Source: Alphaproteobacteria bacterium (GTDB lineage: Bacteria > Pseudomonadota > Alphaproteobacteria > MPNO01 > UBA830). Taken from it: a stretch of 64,000 nucleotides of DNA. The notes below the pieces were generated by a model. It did no database searches, was not told where the DNA came from, and saw only the letters and a program-made list of their open reading frames with translations. The DNA lies in the NCBI GenBank assembly GCA_964291215.2, contig OZ219791.1, forward strand, positions 384,001 through 448,000, in the 5' to 3' direction. The stretch's first letter is position 1, and the number at the start of each line of letters is the position of its first letter. Shown here piece after piece: positions 1 to 11,021 of this stretch. The position numbers were made by a program, and so were the translations under genes.

Positions 1-602
1 TCGCAGTGGCAGGGAAACGCAGTGTCGTCGAGCTGCAGATAGGTGCAGCCGGCTGCTTCCAATGCCGCGATCTCCTCGCGGTAGATGGCGGAGAGGTCCG
101 AAAAATAGTCCTCGATATCGGGATAGGCCAAGTCGTCGACCGCCCGCGGCCCGAGGAAATAATGCATCACCGGCGGCGAAGGCATCGTGACCTTGGGCAC
201 GGCGCCGGCCACGACATCGCGCAGGAAGACGAAATCGTCAGCGACGATGGGACGTGTGCGCTTCAGCTTTTCCTTCGCGTAAGGCGAGAGTTCGGCGCTG
301 CTGCGGCCACCCTCCGCGTCACGAAACCCGATCGTGCCCTCGCGCAGCCCGAACCCGTCTACCGCGTCGATAAAGCCCGCGGACCACCCGCGGCGGCGGA
401 ACTCTCCGTCGGTTGCCGCCCCGAGCCCGAGCGATTCCTGGAGCGCAACGATGTCACGGATCGCGGCATCCTGGGCCGCCCGCAGCTCCATCTCGCCGAT
501 CCCGCCGGCACGGTGGGCACGAACCGCCGTCATCAACCGCTCGGGGCGGAGAAAACTGCCGACATGGTCGGCGCGGAAGGGAGGGCTTGATCGTTCCGTC
601 AT
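1..602 (-). CDS. Cobalamin-independent methionine synthase II family protein (MetE C-terminal-domain type); runs off the window edge
   Basis: Manual translation of the minus strand from ATG at 602: MTERSSPPFRADHVGSFLRP...TDGEFRR...KVTMPSP...GCTYLQLDD, characteristic motifs of this family. Missing from the ORF track because there is no stop in the window. Confidence 0.85.
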   Translation of the reverse strand, partial: MTERSSPPFRADHVGSFLRPERLMTAVRAHRAGGIGEMELRAAQDAAIRDIVALQESLGLGAATDGEFRRRGWSAGFIDAVDGFGLREGTIGFRDAEGGRSSAELSPYAKEKLKRTRPIVADDFVFLRDVVAGAVPKVTMPSPPVMHYFLGPRAVDDLAYPDIEDYFSDLSAIYREEIAALEAAGCTYLQLDDTAFPCHC

Positions 603-823
603 TTCGCCGCGATCTCGATTCCCGTGGACGCTGCCGTGGCGCTCGCAAGGCCGGATTTTCGCCGATCGCACGGCGGAATGGAACGGCCGCACGCCCCTTC
701 CCGCGCCTGCCGCGGCGCGGCGGGGTTCACGACCCCGCCGCGACAAGGACCCCGGTTTTCGGTACAAACCAGCAGGCGGGCGTCCGCCCCCGGACCACGT
801 CTCCAACAGGTACGGAAGCTTCA

Positions 824-1933
824 ATGTTCGATTTCTTCTTTCCACGCGAGCCATTCGGATCGCAGACGCTCCGCCTCGTCGCCGAGGCCGGCGAGGGCGG
901 CGGAGACGTCTTCGAAATCGCCCGCGTCTGCCGCGACATCAAGGCTGGCGACAAGGACGGTTGGGAACAGGCCTGGATCGCCAAGGCGGCCGACACCCAG
1001 GACCGCGCAGAGGCCGCGCTTGCCGCCGCCAACCGGCGGACGGCGATGCGCTATTTCTTCGCTGCAAACCAGTACTGGCGCATGGCGGACATCTTTCTCA
1101 CCATCGAGCGCAATGACGACAAGGCCGCCTTCTTCGCCAGGTCCCAGGCATGCTTTCGCGAGGCCGCGAAGCTCCACGATCCGCCCATAGAAGTGATCAC
1201 GGTGACGTGCGGTGACGAGGAATATGACGGCTATTTCTGCCACCCGCGCAACCCGTCATCCGACCGGTGGCCAGCGATATTCTTCATCGGCGGGGCGGAT
1301 GCCTTTGCAGAAGAGATCTACTTCTCGGGCCGCGAACTCGTCGAACGCGGATACGCGCTGCTGCTGGTCGACACGCCGGGCCGCGGCTCGTCGATGTATC
1401 TCAAGAACATTCCGACGCGCGCCGACTACGAGGTTCCGGGCCGCGCCTGCTTCGACTGGCTGTTCGAGCGCCCCGAGATCGATCCCCAACGCGTCGGCCT
1501 CATGGGCATCTCGATGGGAGGTTACTACGCGCCGCGAGTCGCCGCCTTCGAGGACCGCATAAGAGCTCTGGTCTCATGGTGCGGCTGCTACTCGATGCTG
1601 GATGACCTGTACCTGTTCTACGAACATCTTCGGCCCACAGTCCAGCGGCTCCTCGGAGGCGTGTCGGACGGCGAGGCGCGCGAACGGCTCGCGGAATTCA
1701 CCATGAAGGGGCTGGCAGAGCGCATCACCATGCCGACCCTGATGACCCACGGCGCAGCCGACCGCCTCATGAATGTGGACGGCGCCCGGCGCCTGTTCGA
1801 CGAGATCGGAAGCGCGGACAAGGAACTCGTCATATTCGACGATGCCCGCACCGGCGGCGCAGTCCATTGCTCGCATGACTGCTGGGTGCATCACGGCCCG
1901 CTGATTTTCGACTGGATCGAGAAGCACGTCTGA
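824..1933 (+). CDS. Alpha/beta hydrolase (FrsA / 2,6-dihydropseudooxynicotine hydrolase-like)
   Basis: GISMGG nucleophile elbow, GGADAFAEE, DTPGRG, C-terminal HCSHD; ATG at 824 within ORF 413..1933. Confidence 0.85.
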   Translation: MFDFFFPREPFGSQTLRLVAEAGEGGGDVFEIARVCRDIKAGDKDGWEQAWIAKAADTQDRAEAALAAANRRTAMRYFFAANQYWRMADIFLTIERNDDKAAFFARSQACFREAAKLHDPPIEVITVTCGDEEYDGYFCHPRNPSSDRWPAIFFIGGADAFAEEIYFSGRELVERGYALLLVDTPGRGSSMYLKNIPTRADYEVPGRACFDWLFERPEIDPQRVGLMGISMGGYYAPRVAAFEDRIRALVSWCGCYSMLDDLYLFYEHLRPTVQRLLGGVSDGEARERLAEFTMKGLAERITMPTLMTHGAADRLMNVDGARRLFDEIGSADKELVIFDDARTGGAVHCSHDCWVHHGPLIFDWIEKHV

Positions 1934-2010
1934 CGCGCCGTCTTCGGCAGCGGACGCCGGGATTATGGAGTAAGATCGGGAGATCCCGACTACAGGGCGG
2001 ATCCAGAACC

Positions 2011-2997
2011 ATGATCGTGGATTTTCAGCATCATTTCACGCCGCTCGAGTTCTTCCCGGAAGGATTCGGGGGTGAATCGAAAACCTTCTTCGACGGCAAC
2101 GGCGTGCCATCCTACAGCTTCCATTCCCTCCTGTTCGATCTCGATGCCCATATCCACATGATGGACATTGCCGGGATCGACATCGCGATTCTGTCCTGTG
2201 CCGAAGGCATGTGCGCCGGACTCGAAAAGAGCCGCCTGATCAACGATCGCACGCACGAGGCGGAGAGGAACTACCCCGGCCGCTTCGCCGGCTTCGCCCA
2301 TGCGCACCCGCTCGGCGGCGCCGAGGCGTTTGCCGAGCTCGCCCGCTGCCGACACGAACTCGGCTTCCGCGGCGTGGTCATCACCACCGAGTTCGACGGC
2401 ATCACGCTCGACGATCCGGCGCTCGACCCCTTCTGGGCAGAATGCCAGAAGCTCGGCCTGTTCGTCTTCATCCATCCGGCCCTGCGCCTGACGTGGCCGC
2501 AGCAGTTCGATGCCTATGACCTGGCCCGTTCGGTTGGCCGCGAGTTCTCGCTGATTCAGGCCGTGATCCGGCTGATCAATGGCGGCGTCCTCGACCGCTT
2601 CCCCGGACTCGTGGTCCATGTGGCCCATCTCGGCGGCGGCATCGCATCCGTCCTCGGTCGCGTGAGAAGCTATCAGGACAAGGGTTTCTGGGGCACCGGC
2701 GAGAGCCCGCGCCACGGGCAGCTGCCGGAACACGATTTCGATCACTATGTCAGCCAACGACTGATATTCGATACGGCGGGCTTCTGCGGCGACATGCGTT
2801 CGATCAGGGCATCGACCGTGGAGCTGCCGACGGACCGCATCGTCTTTGCGACCGACTATCCGCAGGAGATTCGCGAGCCCGAAGCAGTCAAGGCGTTCGT
2901 TGACGGCATGCGCGAACTCGGCGCCGACGGCGCGAAGATCCTGTCGGACAATACCGGGCTGCTGATCCCGAACGGGCCGCCCGCCGCGCGGCGATAG
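2011..2997 (+). CDS. Amidohydrolase_2 family protein (ACMSD/LigW-like decarboxylase or hydratase)
   Basis: N-terminal DFQHH metal motif, FIHP, HLGGG, FATDYP. Confidence 0.85.
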   Translation: MIVDFQHHFTPLEFFPEGFGGESKTFFDGNGVPSYSFHSLLFDLDAHIHMMDIAGIDIAILSCAEGMCAGLEKSRLINDRTHEAERNYPGRFAGFAHAHPLGGAEAFAELARCRHELGFRGVVITTEFDGITLDDPALDPFWAECQKLGLFVFIHPALRLTWPQQFDAYDLARSVGREFSLIQAVIRLINGGVLDRFPGLVVHVAHLGGGIASVLGRVRSYQDKGFWGTGESPRHGQLPEHDFDHYVSQRLIFDTAGFCGDMRSIRASTVELPTDRIVFATDYPQEIREPEAVKAFVDGMRELGADGAKILSDNTGLLIPNGPPAARR

Positions 2998-3099
2998 GCC
3001 GGAGATCCCGGCCCGCACGGTCCGTGGTACGGGAAAACCCGCCGGTCCTCCGGCGCCCTGCGGTGGCCGGCACGAATAGCGGCCGGCCGGGCTGACCGG

Positions 3100-3744
3100 T
3101 CAAAACAGGACCAGCGCTCTGCCCGTGTTCATGACCCGGAACAGGTCGACCAGCTCCGCAACCGGAATCAGCAGCAGGAAGGCCGCGCAATCCCACAGGT
3201 TTCTCGCCACCGCCTGAATTTCGGTTCTCGAGCCCGCTGCCGGGCTGAAATGCCCGATCTTCGCGGGAATGAAACCGGAGGTCGTCATCCTGTATTGATC
3301 GTAGGCTTCCCCGAATTTCTCGGAAAGAAAAGCCTCTTCCTTTTTCATCATGTAGGAAAAGATGAGATAGACCGCCGAGGTCAGCACCACCGCGTACAGC
3401 AGGCTCTGAAGCATCAACCCGAAACCGAGCGCGGCCATCGTCGAGAACAGATAGAGCGGGTGACGGGACAACGAGTACGGACCGGTCCGAACAAGAACAC
3501 TGTTCTTGCGCGCGCCGATATGCAGGGTTGCCCAGGACCGTCCCAGCACGCAAGCAACGATCAGCGCAATTCCGATGCCATGGAGGACGCTGCCGAATGG
3601 CGTCCCGCCGTGATAGGGCGAAATGAACAGGGCTGCGGCCAGCAGACACAGACAGACGGCACGCAAGAGATGGATTCGTTTTCTCTGACCGACCGAGGAA
3701 CGATTCATGACCGATTGTCTCCGGGACACCGGCGGCCACGACAC
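3100..3744 (-). CDS. Isoprenylcysteine carboxylmethyltransferase (Ste14/PEMT) family membrane protein
   Basis: LVRTGPYSLSRHPLY motif, KEEAFLSEKFGEAY, several TM segments; start codon uncertain. Confidence 0.85.
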   Translation of the reverse strand: MSWPPVSRRQSVMNRSSVGQRKRIHLLRAVCLCLLAAALFISPYHGGTPFGSVLHGIGIALIVACVLGRSWATLHIGARKNSVLVRTGPYSLSRHPLYLFSTMAALGFGLMLQSLLYAVVLTSAVYLIFSYMMKKEEAFLSEKFGEAYDQYRMTTSGFIPAKIGHFSPAAGSRTEIQAVARNLWDCAAFLLLIPVAELVDLFRVMNTGRALVLF

Positions 3745-3806
3745 CGGCCAGCGCGGGGAAGCTAGTCGACAGCGCCGTTTTCTGTCAAGGAGCGCCGCTC
3801 CGGGGT

Positions 3807-3994
3807 CACGGTGATCCTAATTCGGAGACGCGAAATCCGGATGCGTTGGGGCTCGCGTCATCACAGATCGCCTCCTTGATCGCAATTTTCGTGCCGCCAA
3901 GGCTCAATCGAGCCTTGGCGGCACGATTGCAGCGCGACGCAAACTGTAAAAATCTCGCCAGTCGCCGCCGGATTAGCAGCGTGGGATCATCGTG
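3807..3994. mobile_element. MITE family A, copy 1 (188 bp)
   Basis: Termini CACGGTGATCC / GGATCATCGTG; 9-bp duplication CTCCGGGGT at 3798-3806 and 3995-4003; internal perfect hairpin GTGCCGCCAAGGCTC-aatc-GAGCCTTGGCGGCAC; diverged inverted copy at 62802-62992. Confidence 0.85.
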
Positions 3995-4302
3995 CTCCGG
4001 GGTGCCGGTGAATGAAGCGGCGAGACGGGCGTGAACATCAATCGGCGGCCGAACGTCTCCAACGGGCCAAGCCATGCATTCGCGTCGGAACGCACAGGCG
4101 GAAACCGGCGAACCGGGTGGCAGGAGTTTGGCCCGGCGGATAGCGGACAACCGCGACAGGATGCACGAGCCCGGCCGACAGGGCCAAAACGGATTTTATC
4201 ACGCTCAGACGCCCGCAAGTACCCCTTCGTGACGCCAAACCGGTTGGGATTCGCACCGCGCCGCTCTATAGTCCGGGCTCGTCACCGCAACGAGGCCGCA
4301 GC

Positions 4303-5766
4303 ATGGAAATCCGCGACGCCCTGACCTTCGATGACGTGCTTCTGGTCCCCGCCGCGTCCGAGACCCTTCCCGGTCAGGCCGATACGTCGACGCTGCTGAC
4401 GCCGGGCATCCGACTCGGCATACCGTTGATCTCGGCGGCAATGGATACGGTAACCGAATCGCAGATGGCGATCACCATGGCGCAGGCTGGCGGAATTGGC
4501 GTCATACACAAGAATCTCGACATCGCCGCCCAGGCTGACGAGGTTCGCGTGGTCAAGAAATTCGAGTCGGGAATGGTGATCAACCCGGTCACGATCGGCC
4601 CCGACGAAACGCTCGCACGCGCCCTCGAGCTGATGAAGGGCCACCAGATATCCGGAATCCCGGTGGTCGAGAGTAGATCCGGAAGGCTTGTCGGCATCCT
4701 GACCAATCGCGACGTCCGTTTTGCGGACAACCCCCGGCAATCGGTCAAGGAACTCATGACCCATGACGACCTGGTCACTGTCCAGGAAGGCGTGGACATG
4801 ACCGAAGCGCGGCGCCTGCTGCACAAGCACCGCATCGAGAAGCTCCTGGTTGTTGATGACGCCTATCGTTGCATCGGGCTGATCACGGTCAAGGATATCG
4901 AGAAGGCCGAAGGCCATCCCGACGCGACCAAGGACGAAAAGGGACGCCTGTGCGTCGCCGCGGCCACCGGTGCCGGAACCGACGGCCTGGAGCGCGTCGA
5001 AGCTCTTGTGGACGCCGAAGCCGACGCGGTGGTCGTCGACACCGCGCACGGCCACGCGCAAGGCGTTCTCGAGACCGTCGTGGGCATCAAGCGCCTTTCG
5101 AACAGCGTTCAGGTGATTGCCGGCAATGTCGCCACGCCGGAGGGCGCCAGGGCGCTCATCGATGCCGGCGCCGACAGCATCAAGATCGGAATCGGACCCG
5201 GGTCCATCTGCACGACGCGTGCGGTTACCGGCGTCGGCGTGCCGCAGTTTTCCGCGATCCTGGAGTGCGCTGACGTGTGCCGCAAGGAAGGCATTCCGTG
5301 CATCGCCGACGGCGGTGTGCGGCTCTCCGGAGACCTCGCGAAAGCGCTTGCCGCGGGCGCCGACAGCGCCATGATTGGCTCGATACTCGCCGGGACCGAT
5401 GAGAGTCCCGGCGATGTGTTCCTCTATCAGGGACGATCATACAAGACCTATCGCGGCATGGGCTCGCTCGGCGCCATGGCGCAGGGCTCGGCCGATCGCT
5501 ATTTCCAGCAGGAAGTGAGCGAAACCTTGAAACTTGTGCCCGAAGGAATCGAGGCGCGGGTCCCTTACAAGGGACCGGTGGAGGCGGTGATCCATCAACT
5601 CGTCGGAGGACTCAGGGCGGCCATGGGCTATACCGGAAACGCCTCCATCGCCGACATGCGGAGCAACTGCAGGTTCCGGAGAACAACTTCTGCCGGTTTT
5701 CGGGAAAGTCACGTGCACGACGTCTCGATCATGCGCGAAGCCCCCAACTACCGGCCACCGGAATGA
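4303..5766 (+). CDS. guaB: IMP dehydrogenase
   Basis: [14 protein letters not shown] pair, catalytic [16 protein letters not shown]. Confidence 0.98.
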   Translation: MEIRDALTFDDVLLVPAASETLPGQADTSTLLTPGIRLGIPLISAAMDTVTESQMAITMAQAGGIGVIHKNLDIAAQADEVRVVKKFESGMVINPVTIGPDETLARALELMKGHQISGIPVVESRSGRLVGILTNRDVRFADNPRQSVKELMTHDDLVTVQEGVDMTEARRLLHKHRIEKLLVVDDAYRCIGLITVKDIEKAEGHPDATKDEKGRLCVAAATGAGTDGLERVEALVDAEADAVVVDTAHGHAQGVLETVVGIKRLSNSVQVIAGNVATPEGARALIDAGADSIKIGIGPGSICTTRAVTGVGVPQFSAILECADVCRKEGIPCIADGGVRLSGDLAKALAAGADSAMIGSILAGTDESPGDVFLYQGRSYKTYRGMGSLGAMAQGSADRYFQQEVSETLKLVPEGIEARVPYKGPVEAVIHQLVGGLRAAMGYTGNASIADMRSNCRFRRTTSAGFRESHVHDVSIMREAPNYRPPE

Positions 5767-5869
5767 CGACTGCGAATCCCGCCGGAGGCCGGCGGATAGA
5801 CCGGACAGGCGCGGCCGGACGGTTTCTTCGGCCTGTTTGTCCGTCGCAGTACGGCATGGACGGGCGGCC

Positions 5870-7420
5870 ATGACGGATCGCGTTCTGATCGTCGACTTTG
5901 GATCGCAGGTAACGCAGCTGATCGCCCGGCGGGTGCGCGAGAGCGGAGTTTACAGCGAGATACAGCCGTTCAACCGGGTCACCGCCAGCAGCATCGCCGC
6001 ATTTGCGCCGCGGGCGCTGATCCTCTCGGGCGGGCCGGCCTCGATTCTCGACGATAACTCTCCGCGCGTTCCGGGCGCCGTTTTCGAGGCCGGCATCCCC
6101 GTCCTCGGGATCTGCTACGGCCAGCAGGTGATGGTTTCCCAGCTCGGAGGCACCGTGGCCCGGTCCGACACCAGGGAGTTCGGCCGCGCCGCGCTCAGTA
6201 TCGTCGACGACTGCGCGCTGTTCGGAGGTGCCTGGACGGTCGGGGCCGAGGAACAGGTATGGATGAGCCACGGCGACCATGTCGAGCTACTGCCGCCGGG
6301 TTTCCGCGCGGTAGCCACGAGCGAGGGTGCGCCCTACGCCGCAATCGCCGACGACGAGCGGCACTTCTACGGCGTGCAGTTTCATCCCGAAGTCGTCCAC
6401 ACCCCGCGCGGCGCCGAGATTCTGCGCAATTTCACGCACCGTGCAGCCGGGTGCAGCGGCGACTGGACCATGGAGGCGTTCAGGGACCGGGCGATCGCGG
6501 ATATTCGCGCCAAGGTCGGCTCCGGCCGGGTGCTGTGCGGACTGTCCGGCGGTGTCGATTCCTCCGTTGTCGCAGCACTGCTGCACGAAGCCGTCCGCGA
6601 ACGCCTTGTGTGCGTCTTCATCGACACCGGCATGATGCGCGCGGGCGAGCCGGAAGAGGTGGCGGGCCTGTTCCGGGGTCACTACAACATTCCACTCGTT
6701 CACCGCGACGCCTCGGCTGTGTTCCTCGACAGGCTCGCCGGCGTGACCGATCCGGAAGACAAGCGGAAGATCATCGGCGAAACCTTCATCGACGTGTTCG
6801 AAACGGAGGCCCGGGCGGCGGGCGGGGCGGAATTCCTGGCCCAGGGCACGCTCTATCCCGACGTCATAGAATCGGTCTCGGCGCTCGGCGGACCCAGCGT
6901 CACGATCAAGTCGCATCACAATGTCGGGGGATTGCCCGAGCGCATGAACATGGCGCTGGTGGAACCGTTGCGCGAACTGTTCAAGGACGAGGTGCGGGAG
7001 CTCGGACGGGTGCTCGGCCTGTCCGAACGCCTTGTCGGCCGCCATCCGTTTCCGGGGCCCGGCCTAGCGATCCGCATCCCCGGGGAGATCACCGAGGCCA
7101 GGCTCGATGTCCTGCGCTGCGCCGACGCGATCTATCTCGAGGAGATCCGGAAGGCCGGCCTGTATGACGAGATCTGGCAGGCGTTTGCCGTGCTTTTGCC
7201 GGTTCGGACGGTCGGCGTCATGGGCGACGCCCGGAGCTACGAGGATGTGTGCGCGCTCCGCGCCGTGACCTCGACCGACGGGATGACGGCTGATTTCTTT
7301 CCCTACGACATGGCGTTCCTGGGACGGGTGGCGAACCGCATTGTCAACGAGGTGCGTGGCATCAATCGGGTCGTCTACGACGTGACCTCGAAACCTCCGG
7401 CAACGATCGAGTGGGAGTGA
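5870..7420 (+). CDS. guaA: GMP synthase (glutamine-hydrolysing)
   Basis: [30 protein letters not shown]-terminal KPPATIEWE. Confidence 0.98.
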   Translation: MTDRVLIVDFGSQVTQLIARRVRESGVYSEIQPFNRVTASSIAAFAPRALILSGGPASILDDNSPRVPGAVFEAGIPVLGICYGQQVMVSQLGGTVARSDTREFGRAALSIVDDCALFGGAWTVGAEEQVWMSHGDHVELLPPGFRAVATSEGAPYAAIADDERHFYGVQFHPEVVHTPRGAEILRNFTHRAAGCSGDWTMEAFRDRAIADIRAKVGSGRVLCGLSGGVDSSVVAALLHEAVRERLVCVFIDTGMMRAGEPEEVAGLFRGHYNIPLVHRDASAVFLDRLAGVTDPEDKRKIIGETFIDVFETEARAAGGAEFLAQGTLYPDVIESVSALGGPSVTIKSHHNVGGLPERMNMALVEPLRELFKDEVRELGRVLGLSERLVGRHPFPGPGLAIRIPGEITEARLDVLRCADAIYLEEIRKAGLYDEIWQAFAVLLPVRTVGVMGDARSYEDVCALRAVTSTDGMTADFFPYDMAFLGRVANRIVNEVRGINRVVYDVTSKPPATIEWE

Positions 7421-7463
7421 TTCCACATCTGGCACTGGCAGGCACCGCCAAGCAAGCTTTTTC

Positions 7464-7906
7464 GTAACTGCCCAGCTCTGATTTCGGCGAGCGCTCACAG
7501 GCGGTGGATTGATGGTTCCGGTGTGGTGGCGTCGAGGAGGGATTTCACAAGCGCGGTTTCGGGATCAGCTAGATGGGGTCGGGGTGGGCCAGGGTTTCGA
7601 GGACATTCCGGTCCTGTTTTCGGGCGGTGGTGATGACGGATCGCAGGTTGGCGAAGCGCCTTGCATGGAGCGAAAGCCGCCCGAGATCTTCTGTCGCAAC
7701 TTGCCCATCCAGAGATCGCGCTCGGCCTCGTTGTCGGAGAACGGGGGTCGGTGAGGAAGCGCAGGCACCCGTCCTTGTGCTTGCCGAGCGGGAGCGCGAG
7801 GTTGTGACCGATGCGGCGTTTTTGTCGTCCGCGCCTTGCGGGCTGGAGCGGCGGCCTGTCTTCGTGGGAAGCGATGGCACGCTCGAGAATCCTGTCCCAA
7901 GCCCTG
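7464..7906 (-). mobile_element. IS66-family 3' remnant
   Basis: PFSDNEAERDL..KLRQKISGGFRS and TARKQ motifs; terminus GTAACTG at 7464. Confidence 0.8.
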
Positions 7907-10158
7907 CCCTGTAGTCACAAATCGTGCTGAACATGACATTCTGGATGGTGCATACTCTCCTGCATGGAAGCGCACATCCCGATCAAACGCGTCCTCGAGG
8001 ACCAGCTCGATCGCCTGCAGTCGATCGTGACCGAGAGCGGCGATGGTAGTCGCAACCGCCTGGCGCGGGAAGTATGCCGGCACTTCGGCCTACGGGACGC
8101 GCGGGGACGGGTATCCAGCTGTGTCGTGGCCCTGGAGCAGCTTGCATCGCAGGGCAGGATCGAGGGCTTGCCGGCGGCCTCCGTTCGGCGGCGCCGGGTA
8201 CCCGCCTCGCCGGCTCGGCGAGGCGGTGGAGAAGCCGCGTGATGTGCCGCCGACCGTGGCGGCGATCCGGGATTTGCCGGATCCTGCTGGTGCGCACGGA
8301 TTCCGAACGGGCGCGCTGGAACGAACTGATGGCGCGGGAGCACTTTCTCGGGCGCCCCCACCCTGATCAGCTGCGCTATCTGGTGGATTCCGCTCACGGC
8401 GGTTTCGGCTTCGCGGCGGCGGCGCTAAAGGTGGCGGATCGGAATGCCTGGATCGGATGCCGACCGGCGTCGTGCGAAACGGCACCGGGTGTTGTCGATG
8501 AGCCGGTTTCTGATCCGGGTGCCGGTTGCGAACCTTGCATCGAAGACGCTGTCTATGTGCCTGTCTCGCCTGCGCGCCGATGTTTCGCAGCGCTACGGGT
8601 TCCTGCCCTGGCTGGTCGAGACCTGTGTCGACCCGACGGTGCGAGTCTGCGGGCGGCAACTCGTGGGGTTCACTCGGGGCCGCGAGGACCGCGCACGCGA
8701 GATGGCCGAGAGCGTCAAGGTGGTGTACATGTACGTTCTGGACCGGAACTGGCGACGGAAGCTGGGGGTGGCGGAGCCGGCGCTGTCCCCGGGCGAGGGC
8801 CTGGACGCCTCGACATGGGCGCATCATGAATTCGGGGAAGCGGCGACCGGCGTCTGAGCGCGCGCTTGGTGGAGATTGCACGAAGACAGGGAGGAAGCCC
8901 GATGTCGTCCTGCAGCGGGCGCCCGGCCTGCCGGTGTCCGGGGCTATTATCGGTTCCTGGATCAACCGGAGACATCGGCGGTAACTCCGGCGAACATCAT
9001 GGCGCCGCATCGTCAGCCTACGGTGCAGCGGATGCGCCGGTGGCGTTGTGCCTTCAGGACGGGACGGACCTGAATTTCGCGACCCGTCTGCAACGGGCTC
9101 GGCATCATCGGCACGAACCAGACGACCGCGGAAACCCCGGGCCTTCACCTGCACGCCAGCTATGTCGTCAGCGGCGAAGGCCTGCCGCTGGCGCATCTCG
9201 CCTTCGACGCTCCTCCCCGCCCCCGGACGAAGACCGGGTCGTCCGAGGATGTCGAGAGGTCCCGGCGCATGTCGCAGCGCTGGCTCGACGACCTCGCGGC
9301 CCGGACGACCGGGGTGAAGATCGTGTGCGTGCGGGAAGCGGATTTCTTCGAACTGTTCGACCGGCAGCATCGCCGTCTGTCGATGCTGGTGCGGGCCCGA
9401 CACGACCGGGTCCTGAACCGCGGAGCCCCGGGGCTGTTTGCCCGGCTGCGCGCCTGCCGGGGCACCCTGCAGATCGACATTCCCCGCCTGACGTCCCGGC
9501 CGAAGTCCTCGGGGCGGAAGAAGCAGCCCGGCCGCACGCTGCGCCGGAACGCGGTACTCGAATTGCGCTGGTCACGCTGCCGGCGACTGCCAACTACCCC
9601 GATGCCGCGCCCGTGACCGCGCTGCATCTCCTCGAGACGGACCCGCCGACCGGGGAGTTCCCGGTGGAATGGTTCCTGCTGACCGACCTTCCGGTGGACC
9701 ACGCGGCGCGGGAGACCGTCGGCTGGTATGCGCTGCGCTGGCGGATGCTGGTTCCGGGTGCTGAAGTCCGGTTGCCGGGCGGAACACCTGGCGACGCGCA
9801 AGGCCTGCCGGCTGGAACGGCAGATCACGATCCACGCCGTGATCGCCTGGCGTCTTTTCGGGCGGGACGTTCCGACGATCGAGCCCGACTGCCTGTTCTC
9901 GGACTTGGAACTCCGCTTCCTCTCCGACTATGCCCGCCGATACCGGCTGGACCCACACTCGGGGCGGCGGTGACACTGGTGGCGATCCTCGGCGGATATC
10001 TGAACCGCAAGCATGATCCGCTACCGGGCGACCAGACGATGTGGCTATCCGCGACTGGCCACCGCCACGCTGGCCTATGAATGCCTGCTTGAGGCTCTCG
10101 GCCTGGATCCGACATCGGAAGGATACAATCAAGCTCTGCGCAATTTATGACCAAAGGG
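7907..10158 (+). mobile_element. Degenerate IS4-family (IS50-like) element with a DUF4338-like N-terminal region
   Basis: Imperfect TIRs CCCTGTAGTCACAAAT / AATTTATGACCAAAGGG; fragments WNELMAREHFLG, GYYRFLDQP, READFFELF, EWFLLT, WYALRW, LKSGC, LGGYLNRKHDPLPG spread across frames. Confidence 0.8.
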
Positions 10159-10234
10159 CGGGACTGGCCTGGCGTATGGATTTCAGACTGACTCCAAAAA
10201 GTGCTCCAGTTTTGGAAGAGGACATTCGAGAACA

Positions 10235-11011
10235 ATGAAAACAGACTTGATCGAAAGGTATGCGCCGATTCTCTGTGGGTCGACACCCCCAGTTGTGCGC
10301 GACCCGCAGCTACTGATGGATGCAAGCGGCGATGTGAAGATCTACTATGCACCTTTCGAGTACATCAATCCGAGTGCGCGAATCGTTCTGGTAGGAATCA
10401 CACCGGGCCCCACTCAGATGGTCAATGCAAATAACGAGGCACGGCGCATGCTTAATACTGGCAAGTCGAGTCTGGAAGCAATCCAGGCCGCTAAAAGTGT
10501 CGGAGCTTTTAGTGGTGAGCCGCTGCGTAGCAATCTGATCAATCAGCTGAACCATTGGGGGTTTCACAAGTGGCTCGACCTGAGCGATGCGGCCGATCTG
10601 TTCTCCACCTCGCGCCATTTGGTGCAGACCACATCCCTCCTGCGATATCCGGTGTTCGTCAAAGACAAGGATTATCGGGGCACCCCGGATATGACCAAGC
10701 ATCCATTGCTGAGAAAGTACCTGTTGGAGAACTTTGTGGCAGAGGTCGAGGAACTAACGGATGCCGTATTCGTTGGGCTAGGACCTCAGGTCCAGAAGAT
10801 ACTGGACCGTCTGATTCAGGAGCGGGTCCTGAAACATGACCGGGTGATTGGTGGACTGCTACATCCGTCTGGCAACTGCACTTTCCGGATCAACTACCTC
10901 ATAGGCGACAGAACTGCACCGGTTCCTCATGCCACTAATCCAGTTCCTTACGATCAGGGCCGACGTGAGTTTCAGGAACGATTCCTGAAAAGCCGATATG
11001 AAATTACATAG
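10235..11011 (+). CDS. Uracil-DNA-glycosylase-superfamily-like protein, function unknown
   Basis: APFEYINPSARIVLVGITPG (UDG motif A-like) and LHPSG (motif B-like); lower GC than the core genes. Confidence 0.65.
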   Translation: MKTDLIERYAPILCGSTPPVVRDPQLLMDASGDVKIYYAPFEYINPSARIVLVGITPGPTQMVNANNEARRMLNTGKSSLEAIQAAKSVGAFSGEPLRSNLINQLNHWGFHKWLDLSDAADLFSTSRHLVQTTSLLRYPVFVKDKDYRGTPDMTKHPLLRKYLLENFVAEVEELTDAVFVGLGPQVQKILDRLIQERVLKHDRVIGGLLHPSGNCTFRINYLIGDRTAPVPHATNPVPYDQGRREFQERFLKSRYEIT

Positions 11012-11021
11012 TTAGTGCCTA

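Noticed and set aside
7940-8800. DUF4338/DruA-like sequence as a Druantia defence system
   Set aside because: It is the N-terminal part of an IS4-type transposase within TIRs; no DruE helicase or other partners are present.
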